64,000 bases of DNA from Candidatus Bathyarchaeia archaeon (GCA_035529595.1 DATKWK010000017.1:314961-378960), one strand, 5' to 3'. Counted from the first letter of the stretch, positions 9,065 through 19,525 are shown. Notes: generated from the sequence alone by a model not told the origin. Translations and numbers: made by a program.

Positions 9065-10291
9065 ATGGTTAATTTTAAAAAATTAATTAATAGCCGGAAA
9101 AAAATCATTATTTTGGTGATTCTTTTATTAATTGGCGGGTTTGCTGCTTGGCGCATTTTAGGAAAGAGGGAAGATAAAACTCAATATCAGACAGTCCAAG
9201 TTGAGCGCGGTATGATCATTTCTTCAGTTTCTGCCTCCGGTCAGGTATTAAGCGTCAATATCATGAGCGCTAATACTAAGGCCTCAGGGATTGTTAAAAA
9301 GGTTTATGTCAAGGACGGCGATCAGGTTAAAAAAGGTGACAAAATCCTTGAAATAGATCTTGATTTTCAGGGAGAACAAAAGAACACCCAAGCTTGGTCT
9401 TCTTATTTATCGGCTAAAAATAGTCTGGAATCGACCAAGGTGACTCTTTATAGTCTTGATTCAGCGATGTGGGCTGCTAATAGAAAGTTAATTAATGACG
9501 CGGTTGCTCGTGGTTTGACGGTTGACGATCCGACCTACATTCAGCAGCATGATGACTGGTTAGCCGCAGAAGCAAAATATATCAACCAAAAAGCGGCGAT
9601 TAATCAATCTCAAGTGGCTCTTTCCAATAGCTGGTTAAGCTATAAACTAACTTCGCCGGTAATTACCGCTCCAACCGACGGTGTGGTTACCAGTCTGATG
9701 TATACCGAAGGGATGAGTATCGGTTCCCTGGATACGGGTTCGGCTGAATCAAACCAGAAAATCGCTACGATTCAGACCGAAGGTTTGCCGGTTATTTCGG
9801 TTAATCTCTCCGAGATTGATGTTTCCCGGGTCACGTTGGGTAAAAAAGCAACGATTATTTTAGACAGTATTGCCGATAAAACCTTTACCGGGGAAGTTAA
9901 GGGCGTTGACCGGATTGGTCAGACGGCCAGTGGTGTTACCCAATACCCGGCGATTATAAAACTTGATTCTTCCTCAGTAGAGATTTTACCGAATATGAAA
10001 GTTACGACTAATATTGTTCTTGACCGGAAGGATGATGTTTTGCTGGTACCTTCAAGTGCGGTTCAGAGTCAGAACGGCCAAAATTATGTCCAGGTGATTT
10101 TAGATGACCAACCGCAATCTGTTTTGGTAACCACGGGTTTGACTTCTGATACTCAGACAGAAATTATCTCCGGTGTGAAAGAGGGGGATAAGGTTATTTC
10201 CGGAAGCGTTTCTTCTTCCAGCCAGCAGCAGAACGGCGGATCGCCTTTTGGATCTTCCGGAATGGGCGGTATGATGAGAATAGTCCATTAG
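9065..10291 (+). CDS. MacA-like membrane fusion/adaptor protein
   Basis: N-terminal TM; lipoyl-like VKDGDQVKKGD and ITAPTDGVV segments. Confidence 0.9.
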   Translation: MVNFKKLINSRKKIIILVILLLIGGFAAWRILGKREDKTQYQTVQVERGMIISSVSASGQVLSVNIMSANTKASGIVKKVYVKDGDQVKKGDKILEIDLDFQGEQKNTQAWSSYLSAKNSLESTKVTLYSLDSAMWAANRKLINDAVARGLTVDDPTYIQQHDDWLAAEAKYINQKAAINQSQVALSNSWLSYKLTSPVITAPTDGVVTSLMYTEGMSIGSLDTGSAESNQKIATIQTEGLPVISVNLSEIDVSRVTLGKKATIILDSIADKTFTGEVKGVDRIGQTASGVTQYPAIIKLDSSSVEILPNMKVTTNIVLDRKDDVLLVPSSAVQSQNGQNYVQVILDDQPQSVLVTTGLTSDTQTEIISGVKEGDKVISGSVSSSSQQQNGGSPFGSSGMGGMMRIVH

Positions 10292-10307
10292 CAATTCAGG
10301 AGAAAGT

Positions 10308-11015
10308 ATGATTAAAGTTTCTCATCTTACCAAGATTTACCAGACTGGCGAAGTTGAAGTCAGGGCTTTGGATGATGTCAGTTTTGAGATAAAAAAAGGC
10401 GAATTTGTAGCGGTCATGGGGCCTTCCGGTTCGGGCAAATCAACCTTAATGCATTTGCTCGGCGCTTTGGATGTTCCTACGAGTGGCGAATATCGGTTAA
10501 GTGGAGAGAATATCGCCGATCTTAATGATGATCAGCTAGCTGAAATCAGAAATAGGAGGATTGGTTTTGTCTTTCAAACTTACAATTTGCTTCCAAGAAC
10601 CACCGCTCTGAAAAATGTGACCGTGCCGATGATTTACGGTGATGTTCCTAAAGAAGAAAGAGAAGTAAGAGCCAAGAAACTCTTAGAGATGGTCGGCTTA
10701 GGAGATCGGCTTTTCCATAACCCCAATCAGCTTTCCGGTGGCCAACAGCAGCGGGTAGCGATTGCCCGGGCTTTAGCAATGGACCCGAGCATTATTCTGG
10801 CTGATGAACCGACCGGCAATATTGCCACCAAGCAGGCTGAAGAAATAATGCTGATTCTAGAAAGTTTAAACCGGCAGGGACATACCATTGTGATGATTAC
10901 CCATGAATCGGAAATAGCCGAGCATGCCAAAAGAATCATTCACGTCAGGGATGGCCGGATAATTGAGGATAAAAAGAACGGCCGACGGCGAATCTTGTTG
11001 AAGAAAACAGAATAG
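10308..11015 (+). CDS. ABC transporter ATP-binding protein (MacB/LolD type)
   Basis: [25 protein letters not shown]. Confidence 0.95.
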   Translation: MIKVSHLTKIYQTGEVEVRALDDVSFEIKKGEFVAVMGPSGSGKSTLMHLLGALDVPTSGEYRLSGENIADLNDDQLAEIRNRRIGFVFQTYNLLPRTTALKNVTVPMIYGDVPKEEREVRAKKLLEMVGLGDRLFHNPNQLSGGQQQRVAIARALAMDPSIILADEPTGNIATKQAEEIMLILESLNRQGHTIVMITHESEIAEHAKRIIHVRDGRIIEDKKNGRRRILLKKTE

Positions 11016-11036
11016 CTATACCGGAGGATTTGAGAT

Positions 11037-12260
11037 ATGGATTATCAGGAATTAACCTTGGAAAGCTTTGGAACGCTGGCCTTAAATAAAGTCAGAACTG
11101 GTCTGGCGATGTTAGGTGTCATTATTGGCATCGGCAGTGTAATTGCTCTGATATCTTTAGGTCAGGCCTCGCAAAAGTCGGTCGAAAATCAGATTAAGTC
11201 GTTAGGTTCAAATTTATTAACTATCAGTCCGGGAGCAAGAGTCAGCGAAGGAGTGCGGGGAGCGTTTGGGGGTGTGACTACCTTGAGCTATGATGATGCT
11301 AAAGCAATTAAAAATTCTTCCCAAGTTACCACGGTAAAAGAAGTCTCGGCCGAATTCCGAAGAAATAGCCAGGTCATCGCCGGTCGGAACAATACCAATA
11401 CTCAAGTATCCGGAGTTACCCCCGAATATTCAGCTATCAGGAATATTAACCTAACCTCGGGTTTATTTATCAGCGAGCAGAATCTGACAGGTATGAATCG
11501 AGTGGCCGTTTTAGGACCCCAAGTTGCTGCCGATTTGTTTGGGGAGGGCGTTAATCCGGTTGGTAAAACGATTCGAATTGACGGTACTGCTTTTAATGTC
11601 ATCGGCCTGACTGAAAGTAAAGGCGGCAGCGGACCGATGAACGATGACGATAAAATCTATGTTCCCTTAACTACTGCTCAAAAATTTATTTTTGGGGTGA
11701 ATTACGTCAATTCGATCTACGTTGAGGCTAAAAGCGAGAAGGTCATGGATCAAGCTCGTAATGAGATCGGCTATTTGCTTTTGGAAAGGCATAAACTGAC
11801 TGATCCAACGCTGGCTGACTTTTCGATTATGTCCCAGGAGGATATTCTCAGTACCGTTTCCCAGGTAACCGGAACCTTTACTACCTTACTATCAGGAATC
11901 GCGGCGATTTCTCTGGTTGTCGGCGGAATCGGAATCATGAATATTATGCTGGTGACGGTAACCGAACGGACTCGGGAGATTGGCCTTCGTAAAGCCTTGG
12001 GTGCCAAAAAGAAATGGATTACCGCCCAATTTTTGTTTGAAGCAGCTATAATAACCCTGGTTGGCGGATTGGTCGGCATTATCGTCGGAATTGGGGTTTC
12101 CTTTTTAATCTCCAAATCAATGGGTTTGCCACCGACGCTGTCTTTGTCCTCGATACTGCTGGCTTTTAGCGTTTCCGTAGCCATCGGGGTTTTGTTCGGC
12201 TGGTATCCGGCTCGCAAGGCGGCTGCGCTTGAACCAATCGAAGCCTTACGGTACGAATAG
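11037..12260 (+). CDS. MacB/FtsX-family ABC permease
   Basis: GGIGIMNIMLVTVTERTREIGLRKALGA; C-terminal PIEALRYE. Confidence 0.95.
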   Translation: MDYQELTLESFGTLALNKVRTGLAMLGVIIGIGSVIALISLGQASQKSVENQIKSLGSNLLTISPGARVSEGVRGAFGGVTTLSYDDAKAIKNSSQVTTVKEVSAEFRRNSQVIAGRNNTNTQVSGVTPEYSAIRNINLTSGLFISEQNLTGMNRVAVLGPQVAADLFGEGVNPVGKTIRIDGTAFNVIGLTESKGGSGPMNDDDKIYVPLTTAQKFIFGVNYVNSIYVEAKSEKVMDQARNEIGYLLLERHKLTDPTLADFSIMSQEDILSTVSQVTGTFTTLLSGIAAISLVVGGIGIMNIMLVTVTERTREIGLRKALGAKKKWITAQFLFEAAIITLVGGLVGIIVGIGVSFLISKSMGLPPTLSLSSILLAFSVSVAIGVLFGWYPARKAAALEPIEALRYE

Positions 12261-12302
12261 AAAATTTAAAGATGGGTGACAAAAAAAGGGGAGGTGATTA
12301 AA

Positions 12303-12782
12303 ATGTCCCAAACGGGAACTGAAAATGCTAAACCAAAAGGTTTGATAAAAACCATGAATTTTATAATGGTGTTTTTGGCAATTGCGATGGCTGTTGGCGG
12401 ATTTTTTGCCGGTATGAAATATCAACAAAGCCGAAGACCATCAATTGCTGACTTTCCCGGTAACGGCCGGTTTGGCCAAAGAGGATTGAATAACGATAAC
12501 GGGCAAAACCAGCAGCGTCCGGCCGGTTCGGCAATGGTCAGGGGAGAAATCATTAAGAAAGACGAGTCAACTATTACCGTTAAACTGGCGGATGACAGCA
12601 GTAAAATTGTATTTCTTTCTGAAAATACGGCCATCAACAAAGCAACTGAGGGTTCGGCTGATGATTTGGTCAGTGGTGGAGAGGTGATGGTTTTTGGAAA
12701 TACCAACTCTGACGGCAGCATCTCAGCCAGCCAAATTCAATTGAATTTCGGGTTGGAAAGCAACTTTAATCAGACTGATTAA
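12303..12782 (+). CDS. Membrane-anchored DUF5666-like protein
   Basis: TM then beta-rich domain ending DGSISASQIQ; GGAGGTG SD before ATG 12303. Confidence 0.65.
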   Translation: MSQTGTENAKPKGLIKTMNFIMVFLAIAMAVGGFFAGMKYQQSRRPSIADFPGNGRFGQRGLNNDNGQNQQRPAGSAMVRGEIIKKDESTITVKLADDSSKIVFLSENTAINKATEGSADDLVSGGEVMVFGNTNSDGSISASQIQLNFGLESNFNQTD

Positions 12783-12942
12783 GATCCGCTTAGTATTTCT
12801 AGTGTTTTGATTTCAACTTTTTCACTGGTTTTTCAAGATAAGTAATATCTGACACGCCGGGTATATTGTCGGTTAACACTCCAGGTTAACAGTAGTAATT
12901 ATCGTCCTCTGTAAGAGTTCAGTATTACTGACACAGATAGCC

Positions 12943-12984
12943 TTAAGACACCCCCGAGGTGAAATATTAAGACACCTCGGAGTG
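12943..12984. repeat. Tandem pair of CACC...GTG palindromes
   Basis: TTAAGACACCCCCGAGGTG and TTAAGACACCTCGGAGTG. Confidence 0.6.
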
Positions 12985-13146
12985 GAGGGATTCTAAACTG
13001 TTACCTATTGTATTTTCTCTGGTGAATTCGATTATGTTAAAATGTATTTATGAAGCTGGTTCTTTACAGCGAGATTTTAGCTGGAAATTATGCGATCGAC
13101 GAAGACGCTCAGGAAAAGAGTTTAATATCGTTTAGCTGATAGTTTT

Positions 13147-13698
13147 ATGCAACTATTATTGCTGCCGGGAAATAGTTTCCACAACAAAGAATGGATCGAG
13201 GCGATCAAAGCTGTTCTTGAAGATAATTTCGACCTGGTAAAGATCCAATACTATCATCACTGGGAGACAGGTAAAGGCATGATTGATTTTGACTTTGAAC
13301 TTGAGGAACTGGTAAAAACCGCCGAAGATCTAAAAGATTATCTTATTTTTGGTAAATCGGCCGGAGTCCTACTGGCGCTCCGGGCGATTTATGAGAAAAA
13401 AATTGTTCCTCGAAAGTGTATTTTTGTCGGTAGTGCTGTTTGGTGGGGCAAAGGACTGGGATTGCCGCTTGATTTGTGGCTAAAAAACTTGACTGTTCCG
13501 GCTTTGTTTATCCAAAAAAGTTATGATCCGGCGATCCCTTTCAAGGAGCTTGAAAAACTCCTAAAAGTATTAAAACTAAAAAATTTCCAGTTGGCTGAAG
13601 TCCCTGGTAATGACCATGTTTACCGAGAACTTCATCAGCTTAAAAGTATCGTTCTTCCTTTTCTGAATATTACTTCAGAATATGCCGAGCAAGCATAA
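13147..13698 (+). CDS. Alpha/beta hydrolase
   Basis: LPGN oxyanion region, nucleophile motif GKSAG, C-terminal GNDH. Confidence 0.8.
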   Translation: MQLLLLPGNSFHNKEWIEAIKAVLEDNFDLVKIQYYHHWETGKGMIDFDFELEELVKTAEDLKDYLIFGKSAGVLLALRAIYEKKIVPRKCIFVGSAVWWGKGLGLPLDLWLKNLTVPALFIQKSYDPAIPFKELEKLLKVLKLKNFQLAEVPGNDHVYRELHQLKSIVLPFLNITSEYAEQA

Positions 13699-13719
13699 AG
13701 TTAGTTTTTTGATATAAAT

Positions 13720-14391
13720 ATGAAAAAATCAATCGAAATTGAGCTAAAATTTGAGATCTTGGATCCATCGCAGATCGAACATTTTTTAGAATCTTTAAAG
13801 TTCGTTTTAAAAAAAAGAATCGTTGATGTTTATTTGGATACGCCAGACGCTAATTTATTTAAACAAGGCATTTTCATCAGAATCCGTAATAATAAAAAAC
13901 TGGATTTTAAGTTTAACCCTAAACACTTCGGTGGGCACGGAAGTTATTGCCTGCACGATCATTGCCAGGAACTGTCTTTCGCTTTACCTTTAAAAACTGA
14001 TGCCGTCGCCGCAGCCAACCGAATATGTTCGGTTTTAGGTCTTAAAAAAATAATCGATCCCAATTTGGCCGGATTAAAGCAGGCGAATCATTTAATTGAA
14101 TCGGTGGTTATTGATAAGTTGAGGAGGAGTTATCAAGATAGTAAATTTAGTTATGATTTAGATGATGTTAAAAATTTAGGTCTTTTTTTGGAAATAGAAT
14201 CTTTAGTTTCGACTGATGAGAATATTGAAAAAATAAAAAAAGAAATGATTACTAGATTGAAAAATTTAAAAATTAAACATCTCAATGTTGGTTATAATGA
14301 AATTTATTGGCGAAAACATAATTTTAATCTTTATCTTCAGGGACTTTATCTGCTTGAGGAAGATTACCAAAAATATCGCCAAGGAAAATAG
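13720..14391 (+). CDS. CYTH-domain triphosphate tunnel metalloenzyme
   Basis: EIELKF, DVYLD, IRIR, LGLFLEIE. Confidence 0.85.
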   Translation: MKKSIEIELKFEILDPSQIEHFLESLKFVLKKRIVDVYLDTPDANLFKQGIFIRIRNNKKLDFKFNPKHFGGHGSYCLHDHCQELSFALPLKTDAVAAANRICSVLGLKKIIDPNLAGLKQANHLIESVVIDKLRRSYQDSKFSYDLDDVKNLGLFLEIESLVSTDENIEKIKKEMITRLKNLKIKHLNVGYNEIYWRKHNFNLYLQGLYLLEEDYQKYRQGK

Positions 14392-14426
14392 CTTCTTCGT
14401 ATCCGAATGATATTTGATGCAATATT

Positions 14427-15176
14427 ATGATGATTACTATTTCTACCATCCATGACCCGCAAGGTATATTTCTGCCTTTAATTGGGAAGGTAAAACAGGA
14501 TTTAGAGGTTAATTTTTGTGGTACTGTAGTTGCCTATACAGCGGAAACTTCAATTACGGTTATTAAGACTTTAGAAAAGTTTAAATTAAACCCAATTTTA
14601 GGCGGTCTTTGGGGAGAAGCCAGAAAAAAAGCTTTATCTGAGGCTTTGAAATCAACTAGTGATTTTATCTTTGTTTGTGATTTTGACAAAATCCTGCATT
14701 GGCTGCTGACCGCCAAGAGTGAATTAAAAACACTTTTAAAAGTGAATCCCGAAGCTGATTATCTGATTTTGGGAAGAAGTGGCAGAACGATGGCCACTTA
14801 TCCCTTATCTTGGGTAAAAACCGAATCAATTACCAGTCACCTTATCAGTAAGATTCTTGGTTTTCCGGTTGATGCTTTGACTGCTGCTGCCATTTTAAAT
14901 CGTCGAAGTGGAGAAAAAATCGCCAGAAGTTCATGTGAAGCAAGTTGGGGTTCTTGTATCGAATGGCCGTTGATTGTTCATGCAGCAGAGCTTGATATTT
15001 CTTATCAGGAAGCTAAAGGTCTGACTTGGGAAGATCCGGATCGTTTCCGTCAAGAGATAAAAAATTGTGCTAGTCTAAACAAGTGGCAGCAGGAAAAATA
15101 CGACTCGTTTAGTGAATGGGAAAGAAGAATATCTATATTAGAGCAACAGTGGCAAGTGGTCAATAGATTTTCCTAA
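14427..15176 (+). CDS. Hypothetical protein, GT-A-like fold
   Basis: HDP start motif, DFD (DxD) motif. Confidence 0.5.
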   Translation: MMITISTIHDPQGIFLPLIGKVKQDLEVNFCGTVVAYTAETSITVIKTLEKFKLNPILGGLWGEARKKALSEALKSTSDFIFVCDFDKILHWLLTAKSELKTLLKVNPEADYLILGRSGRTMATYPLSWVKTESITSHLISKILGFPVDALTAAAILNRRSGEKIARSSCEASWGSCIEWPLIVHAAELDISYQEAKGLTWEDPDRFRQEIKNCASLNKWQQEKYDSFSEWERRISILEQQWQVVNRFS

Positions 15177-15182
15177 TAAAAA

Positions 15183-16184
15183 ATGCGTCTAGACTATTTG
15201 AAAGAGATTTTTAAAAATCAACCTTCTTATCGCCTGAAACAAATCAAGCAGGCAATTTTTAAGGACTTGGTTGAAAATTGGTCCCAAGTCACGACTTTAC
15301 CGTTATCTCTAAGAGCAGAACTCAACCAAAAAACTCCTTTAACAACCGAAGGAACGATTTTTGCGGCCCAAAACAGTCAAGTTATCAAAGCCTTAATTAC
15401 CTTGAGCGATGGAGAAAAAATCGAAACGGTGTTAATGCGCTATGCAAACGGACGCAATACCGTTTGTCTTTCATCCCAAGTCGGCTGTTCGTTGAAATGT
15501 GTGTTTTGTGCTACCGGGAAAATGGGTTTTAAAAGGAATTTAACGTCTTGGGAAATTGTTTTACAAGCTTTATTTTTCGCCCGTTTCTTGAAGAAAAATG
15601 ATCCAAACTCTAAAGGTGTAACCAATGTCGTCTTTATGGGAATGGGTGAGCCGTTTTTAAATTACGAGAACGTCTTGGAATCAATCCGGGTTTTAAATGA
15701 TAAAGATGGTTTCAATTTAGGTATCCGTCATATCTCAATCTCCACTGTCGGTATCACTAAAGGGATTCGTAAACTTGCCGGTGAAAATCTGGGTATTAAT
15801 TTAGCTATTTCCCTTCACGCTCCAACTGACCAGTTGCGCCAAGAATTAATACCTGTCAACCAAAAATATCCCTTAAAAAAAGTTCTTTCTGCGGTTGAGG
15901 ATTATATCAGTAAAACCCATCGTAAAGTCATGTTTGAGTACGTCATGATAAAGGGGGTTAATGATTCTGATGAAGATGCTTACCGACTGGCTATTCTCGT
16001 TAAGGGAAAATTAGCGATGGTCAATCTAATTGCTTATAATCCAACCGGTATTTTCAAACCCTCTTCATCGGACCGAATCCGAAACTTCAGAAATATTCTT
16101 GAGCAAAAGGGAATTGCGGTTACACAACGCTTCCGCTTCGGACGCCGTATCAGGGCTGCCTGCGGTCAATTGGCGGTAAAATAG
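15183..16184 (+). CDS. rlmN: 23S rRNA/tRNA m2A methyltransferase RlmN
   Basis: SSQVGCSLKCVFC radical-SAM motif, MGMGEP, AACGQL. Confidence 0.9.
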   Translation: MRLDYLKEIFKNQPSYRLKQIKQAIFKDLVENWSQVTTLPLSLRAELNQKTPLTTEGTIFAAQNSQVIKALITLSDGEKIETVLMRYANGRNTVCLSSQVGCSLKCVFCATGKMGFKRNLTSWEIVLQALFFARFLKKNDPNSKGVTNVVFMGMGEPFLNYENVLESIRVLNDKDGFNLGIRHISISTVGITKGIRKLAGENLGINLAISLHAPTDQLRQELIPVNQKYPLKKVLSAVEDYISKTHRKVMFEYVMIKGVNDSDEDAYRLAILVKGKLAMVNLIAYNPTGIFKPSSSDRIRNFRNILEQKGIAVTQRFRFGRRIRAACGQLAVK

Positions 16185-16221
16185 TACTTGACAGTTCTTC
16201 TTAAAAACTATAATTTTAACT

Positions 16222-16337
16222 AATTGTCCAGAGTGGCGATGAGGGAGCTAGCCCGTTTGAGTCGCCCAGCAACCGAATTCCGACCTAAAGTCGTATATTA
16301 CGGTGCTAACTCTAGCCCGAAGAGGGAAAGACATGGT
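16222..16337 (+). ncRNA. SAM-I family riboswitch aptamer
   Basis: GTCCAGAG..GAGGGA..GCCC..CCAGCAACC...GGTGCTAA...GAAAGAC, located upstream of metK. Confidence 0.85.
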
Positions 16338-16366
16338 CTATTTAGGACAAAAGAATGTTAGAAACT

Positions 16367-16391
16367 GGCCTCTCTTCGGGGAGGTTTTTTT
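16367..16391 (+). terminator. Riboswitch intrinsic terminator
   Basis: GCCTCTC-TTCG-GGGAGGT followed by a T-tract. Confidence 0.85.
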
Positions 16392-16435
16392 AATATCGGA
16401 GCTGCTGATTATTTTTAACTCTATTAGGAGGATTC

Positions 16436-17548
16436 ATGAATTACTCTGTCTTTGCTTCCGAGTCGGTTTGTGCCGGTCATCCGGATAAAATTTGCGATCA
16501 GATTTCTGATGCGGTTTTGGACGCGGCTTATCAACAAGATTCTAATTCTCACACCGGAATTGAGTGTTTGGTGACCACCGATCGGGTGGTTGTCTCTGGT
16601 GAAGTTAAAACAGCGGCTAAAATAGACTATGAAACAATCGCCCGTAAAATCGTTAAGGATTTAGGTTACGATCAGCCTCTTTATCATTTTGATTACCACA
16701 CTGCTCGAGTAGACATTCTCGTGCACCAGCAATCACCGGATATATCCCTGGGTGTTGACCCCGGAGGTGCTGGTGATCAGGGAATGATGTTTGGCTATGC
16801 CTGTCGTGAGACAGATGAACTGATGCCGATGCCGATTATGATTGCCCATGCCTTAGTGGAGAAAATGGACGAGCTTAAAAGCGCCGAACTGCCCTATTTA
16901 CGCCCGGACGGTAAAAGCGAGGTCGTCGTCAGCTACGATAATGGTCGGCCAATTGCGGTTGAGGCAGTAGTTTTAGCCGTTCCGCATGATCCCAAGATCG
17001 AGAACAAACAGGCTAAGAATGATTTATATCATCAGGCGGTGATACCGGTTTTAGAACGGTTTCATCAAAAACCGGTCAAGCCGAACAAGGTGGTTCTTAA
17101 TGGCACCGGTAAATGGGAGATTGGTGGCCCGCATTCGGATATGGGCGAAACGGGACGAAAAATTATCGTTGATTCTTACGGGGGCATGGCTCGGGTTGGT
17201 GGTGGTTGTTTTTCCGGTAAGGATGTTACTAAAGTAGATCGCAGTGGTGCTTATGGGGCTCGATACCTTGCCAAAAATATTGTTGCTGCCGGCTTGGCTG
17301 ATAGATGTGAAGTTCAGGTGGCTTACGTCATTGGCCATCGGGAACCGATAGCCAGGGCAATTGAAACTTTTGGGACTGCCAAAGAATCACAGAGGATAAT
17401 TGAAAATTATGCTTGGCGATTACTGGATATGTCAGTTGCCGGAATCATAAACGGTTTGAATCTGCGGCAACCGATATATAACAAAACTGCCCGTTACGGT
17501 CATTTTGGCCATCCGGAGTATCCCTGGGAGCAAATTGTTTCCGTATGA
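16436..17548 (+). CDS. metK: S-adenosylmethionine synthetase
   Basis: GHPDKICDQISD, GAGDQG, GGGCFSGKD motifs. Confidence 0.97.
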   Translation: MNYSVFASESVCAGHPDKICDQISDAVLDAAYQQDSNSHTGIECLVTTDRVVVSGEVKTAAKIDYETIARKIVKDLGYDQPLYHFDYHTARVDILVHQQSPDISLGVDPGGAGDQGMMFGYACRETDELMPMPIMIAHALVEKMDELKSAELPYLRPDGKSEVVVSYDNGRPIAVEAVVLAVPHDPKIENKQAKNDLYHQAVIPVLERFHQKPVKPNKVVLNGTGKWEIGGPHSDMGETGRKIIVDSYGGMARVGGGCFSGKDVTKVDRSGAYGARYLAKNIVAAGLADRCEVQVAYVIGHREPIARAIETFGTAKESQRIIENYAWRLLDMSVAGIINGLNLRQPIYNKTARYGHFGHPEYPWEQIVSV

Positions 17549-17562
17549 GAAAACAATTTTGC

Positions 17563-18879
17563 CTAATTTAGCCTGCCCATCAGCATCGGGGAGTTAAGCC
17601 GCTTCCTGTCGGTTTCTCCTTTAAGAAGATCCTTTTTTCTTGCCGGTATGTCTCCGCGGTCGCTTTGATGTTGGGGCGTTTTACAAGCAAGGCAACTGGT
17701 TCCTAAGTAAATAGTGTGTTTACCGTATTTTCCGCTTAAAAGATCAAGACTTTGGTAGATTTTAGTCATTCTTTCAAAAGTAAAAGGTTTTTCAAATAGG
17801 CTGATTTGAACTTGGTGATCTTCCATTAATTTAGTCAGAACGACACCGGTCAGACGATAAAAAAGACAAGGTTTATAAATCTGGTTGATGACCAGATTAA
17901 GGCTTTTGATAATTTCGTTCGGGAAAGCCGTCGGCCGGGTAAACTTTACCCCGACTCCCAAAGTTTCAAATGTCTGAGTTCTTAGCAGGAAGATTGCCTC
18001 CCGGGCTAGCAGATGGTGACGCCGGGCCTTGATGCAGGCGTTCTCAATGTTTTTTGAAAGCTGGCTGAGGACAAAATCACGATTATCCGAAGGCGGAGTA
18101 AAAGTTTTGAATTTTTGAATTGAGGCCCAGGTTTCTTTCTCTTCGATTTCCAGAGGGAAGATGAACTGGCCGTTTAATTCCTGCCAGATTTCCCAAATCG
18201 GTTTGGTAAATCTTTTTTTGATCCAACTTTCTTCCTTGCGCGCCAATTCCAGGGCAGTGAAAACGCCCAGTTTGGCAAGATAAGCGCTTGTTTGGCTGCC
18301 GATACCCCAAATTTTATCGACCGGTAATTTCTCCAAAAAAAGATGAATTTTTCTGCCGGGGATAACCGTTAGACCGGCCGGTTTCTGCCAGTTGCTGGCA
18401 ATTTTGGCGACCACTTTATTTGGTCCGAGGCCAATTGAAAAAGTAAAACCAAGTTCTTCCTTCAGCCTCTTTTGAATCTCAGTTACTATTTGGATATAGT
18501 TCATCCGCAGCGGCTGGCGTAAGCCGGTCAGGTCGGCGAAGCATTCGTCAATGCTATACTCCTCAACCTCTGGCGTAAACCGGCGGACAATCGCAAAAAA
18601 TCTTTGGGAAAGAAGACTGTAAGTTTCATAATCGGAAGGCAAAAAGATGGCTTGGGGGCAAATCTTTTTAATTTCTGAAAATCTCATTGCTCGGATGACG
18701 CCGGCGGCTTTAGCTTCATAGCTTAAAGAAGCGGCAATTCCCCGTTCCCTGCCGGTGACTACCGGCTTGCCTTTCAGTTGGGGGTGACGCGATTGTTCAC
18801 AGGAAGCAAAAAAAGCATCACCATCAATATGAATAATCGCTCGGGGGAAGGAAGAGACAGTTAAAGGTTGGTTGTTCAT
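17563..18879 (-). CDS. Y-family DNA polymerase (DinB/UmuC-like)
   Basis: HIDGDAFFASCE, SYEAK, YSIDECF. Confidence 0.92.
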   Translation of the reverse strand: MNNQPLTVSSFPRAIIHIDGDAFFASCEQSRHPQLKGKPVVTGRERGIAASLSYEAKAAGVIRAMRFSEIKKICPQAIFLPSDYETYSLLSQRFFAIVRRFTPEVEEYSIDECFADLTGLRQPLRMNYIQIVTEIQKRLKEELGFTFSIGLGPNKVVAKIASNWQKPAGLTVIPGRKIHLFLEKLPVDKIWGIGSQTSAYLAKLGVFTALELARKEESWIKKRFTKPIWEIWQELNGQFIFPLEIEEKETWASIQKFKTFTPPSDNRDFVLSQLSKNIENACIKARRHHLLAREAIFLLRTQTFETLGVGVKFTRPTAFPNEIIKSLNLVINQIYKPCLFYRLTGVVLTKLMEDHQVQISLFEKPFTFERMTKIYQSLDLLSGKYGKHTIYLGTSCLACKTPQHQSDRGDIPARKKDLLKGETDRKRLNSPMLMGRLN

Positions 18880-19448
18880 TAGTATTTTCTGATCACTGCT
18901 TTGACTACCGCCGTGATGTTAAGTTCTTCTTTAGGAACAATGGCCTGGTATTTTTTGTTGGCTGGTGCCAGATAGGCTTTTCCCTGTTTTCTTTGGAAAT
19001 ATTTAATTGTCCATTCCCGGTCGACTTCGGCGATAACGATATCGCCGTCTTTCGGTTCACAGCCTCGCTGGGCCAGCACCAGATCGCCCGGCATAATACC
19101 AGCTTCAATCATTGAGTCGCCGGTGACTTTTAAGATATAGGTCGCTTGACTGTTTTCGACCAGGTAGCTTTCAAGGCTGATGGTGTCGGTCAGTTCTTCT
19201 TCGGCTGGCGAGGGGAAACCGGCTTCGATAGTTCCCAAAAGGGGAACTTGGCCGAAAAGACGGCCGGGAAGGATTTTGCCACTTTTATCTTTTTCGATCA
19301 GGCCAAGACTAATCAGTTTTTTAACCAGTTTATAAACGGCATTTTTTGACCGGAAACCAGCTAAATTCATAATCTCCCGGTAGCTGGGCATTCTTTGGTG
19401 CTTTCGGTAGAAGTCGGCGATTTGAAGATAGTATTTGTTTTTAATCAT
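18879..19448 (-). CDS. lexA: LexA-type repressor with UmuD-like S24 peptidase domain
   Basis: wHTH (PSYREIM...SKNAV), AGFPSPA cleavage site, GDSM Ser and TIK Lys; ATG 19448 preferred. Confidence 0.85.
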   Translation of the reverse strand: MIKNKYYLQIADFYRKHQRMPSYREIMNLAGFRSKNAVYKLVKKLISLGLIEKDKSGKILPGRLFGQVPLLGTIEAGFPSPAEEELTDTISLESYLVENSQATYILKVTGDSMIEAGIMPGDLVLAQRGCEPKDGDIVIAEVDREWTIKYFQRKQGKAYLAPANKKYQAIVPKEELNITAVVKAVIRKY

Positions 19449-19455
19449 AGATTGT

Positions 19456-19485
19456 AGTTTAAGTGAACGATTGTTCACTTGTCAA
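19456..19485 (-). promoter_or_regulatory. Promoter with GAAC-N4-GTTC operator
   Basis: Inverted repeat AAGTGAAC-GATT-GTTCACTT (19461-19480) lies between TTGACA and TAAACT on the minus strand. Confidence 0.8.
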
Positions 19486-19525
19486 GAGGTTATTTACTGA
19501 AAAAAATCTATTTTTCGTTTAGGAG

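Noticed and set aside
13031-13043. XerD arm of dif (TTATGTTAAAA)
   Set aside because: No XerC arm is present. It is better explained as an extended -10 before a short gene remnant (MKLVLYSE...).
15183-16184. Cfr resistance methyltransferase
   Set aside because: The MGMGEP motif and housekeeping context favour RlmN.
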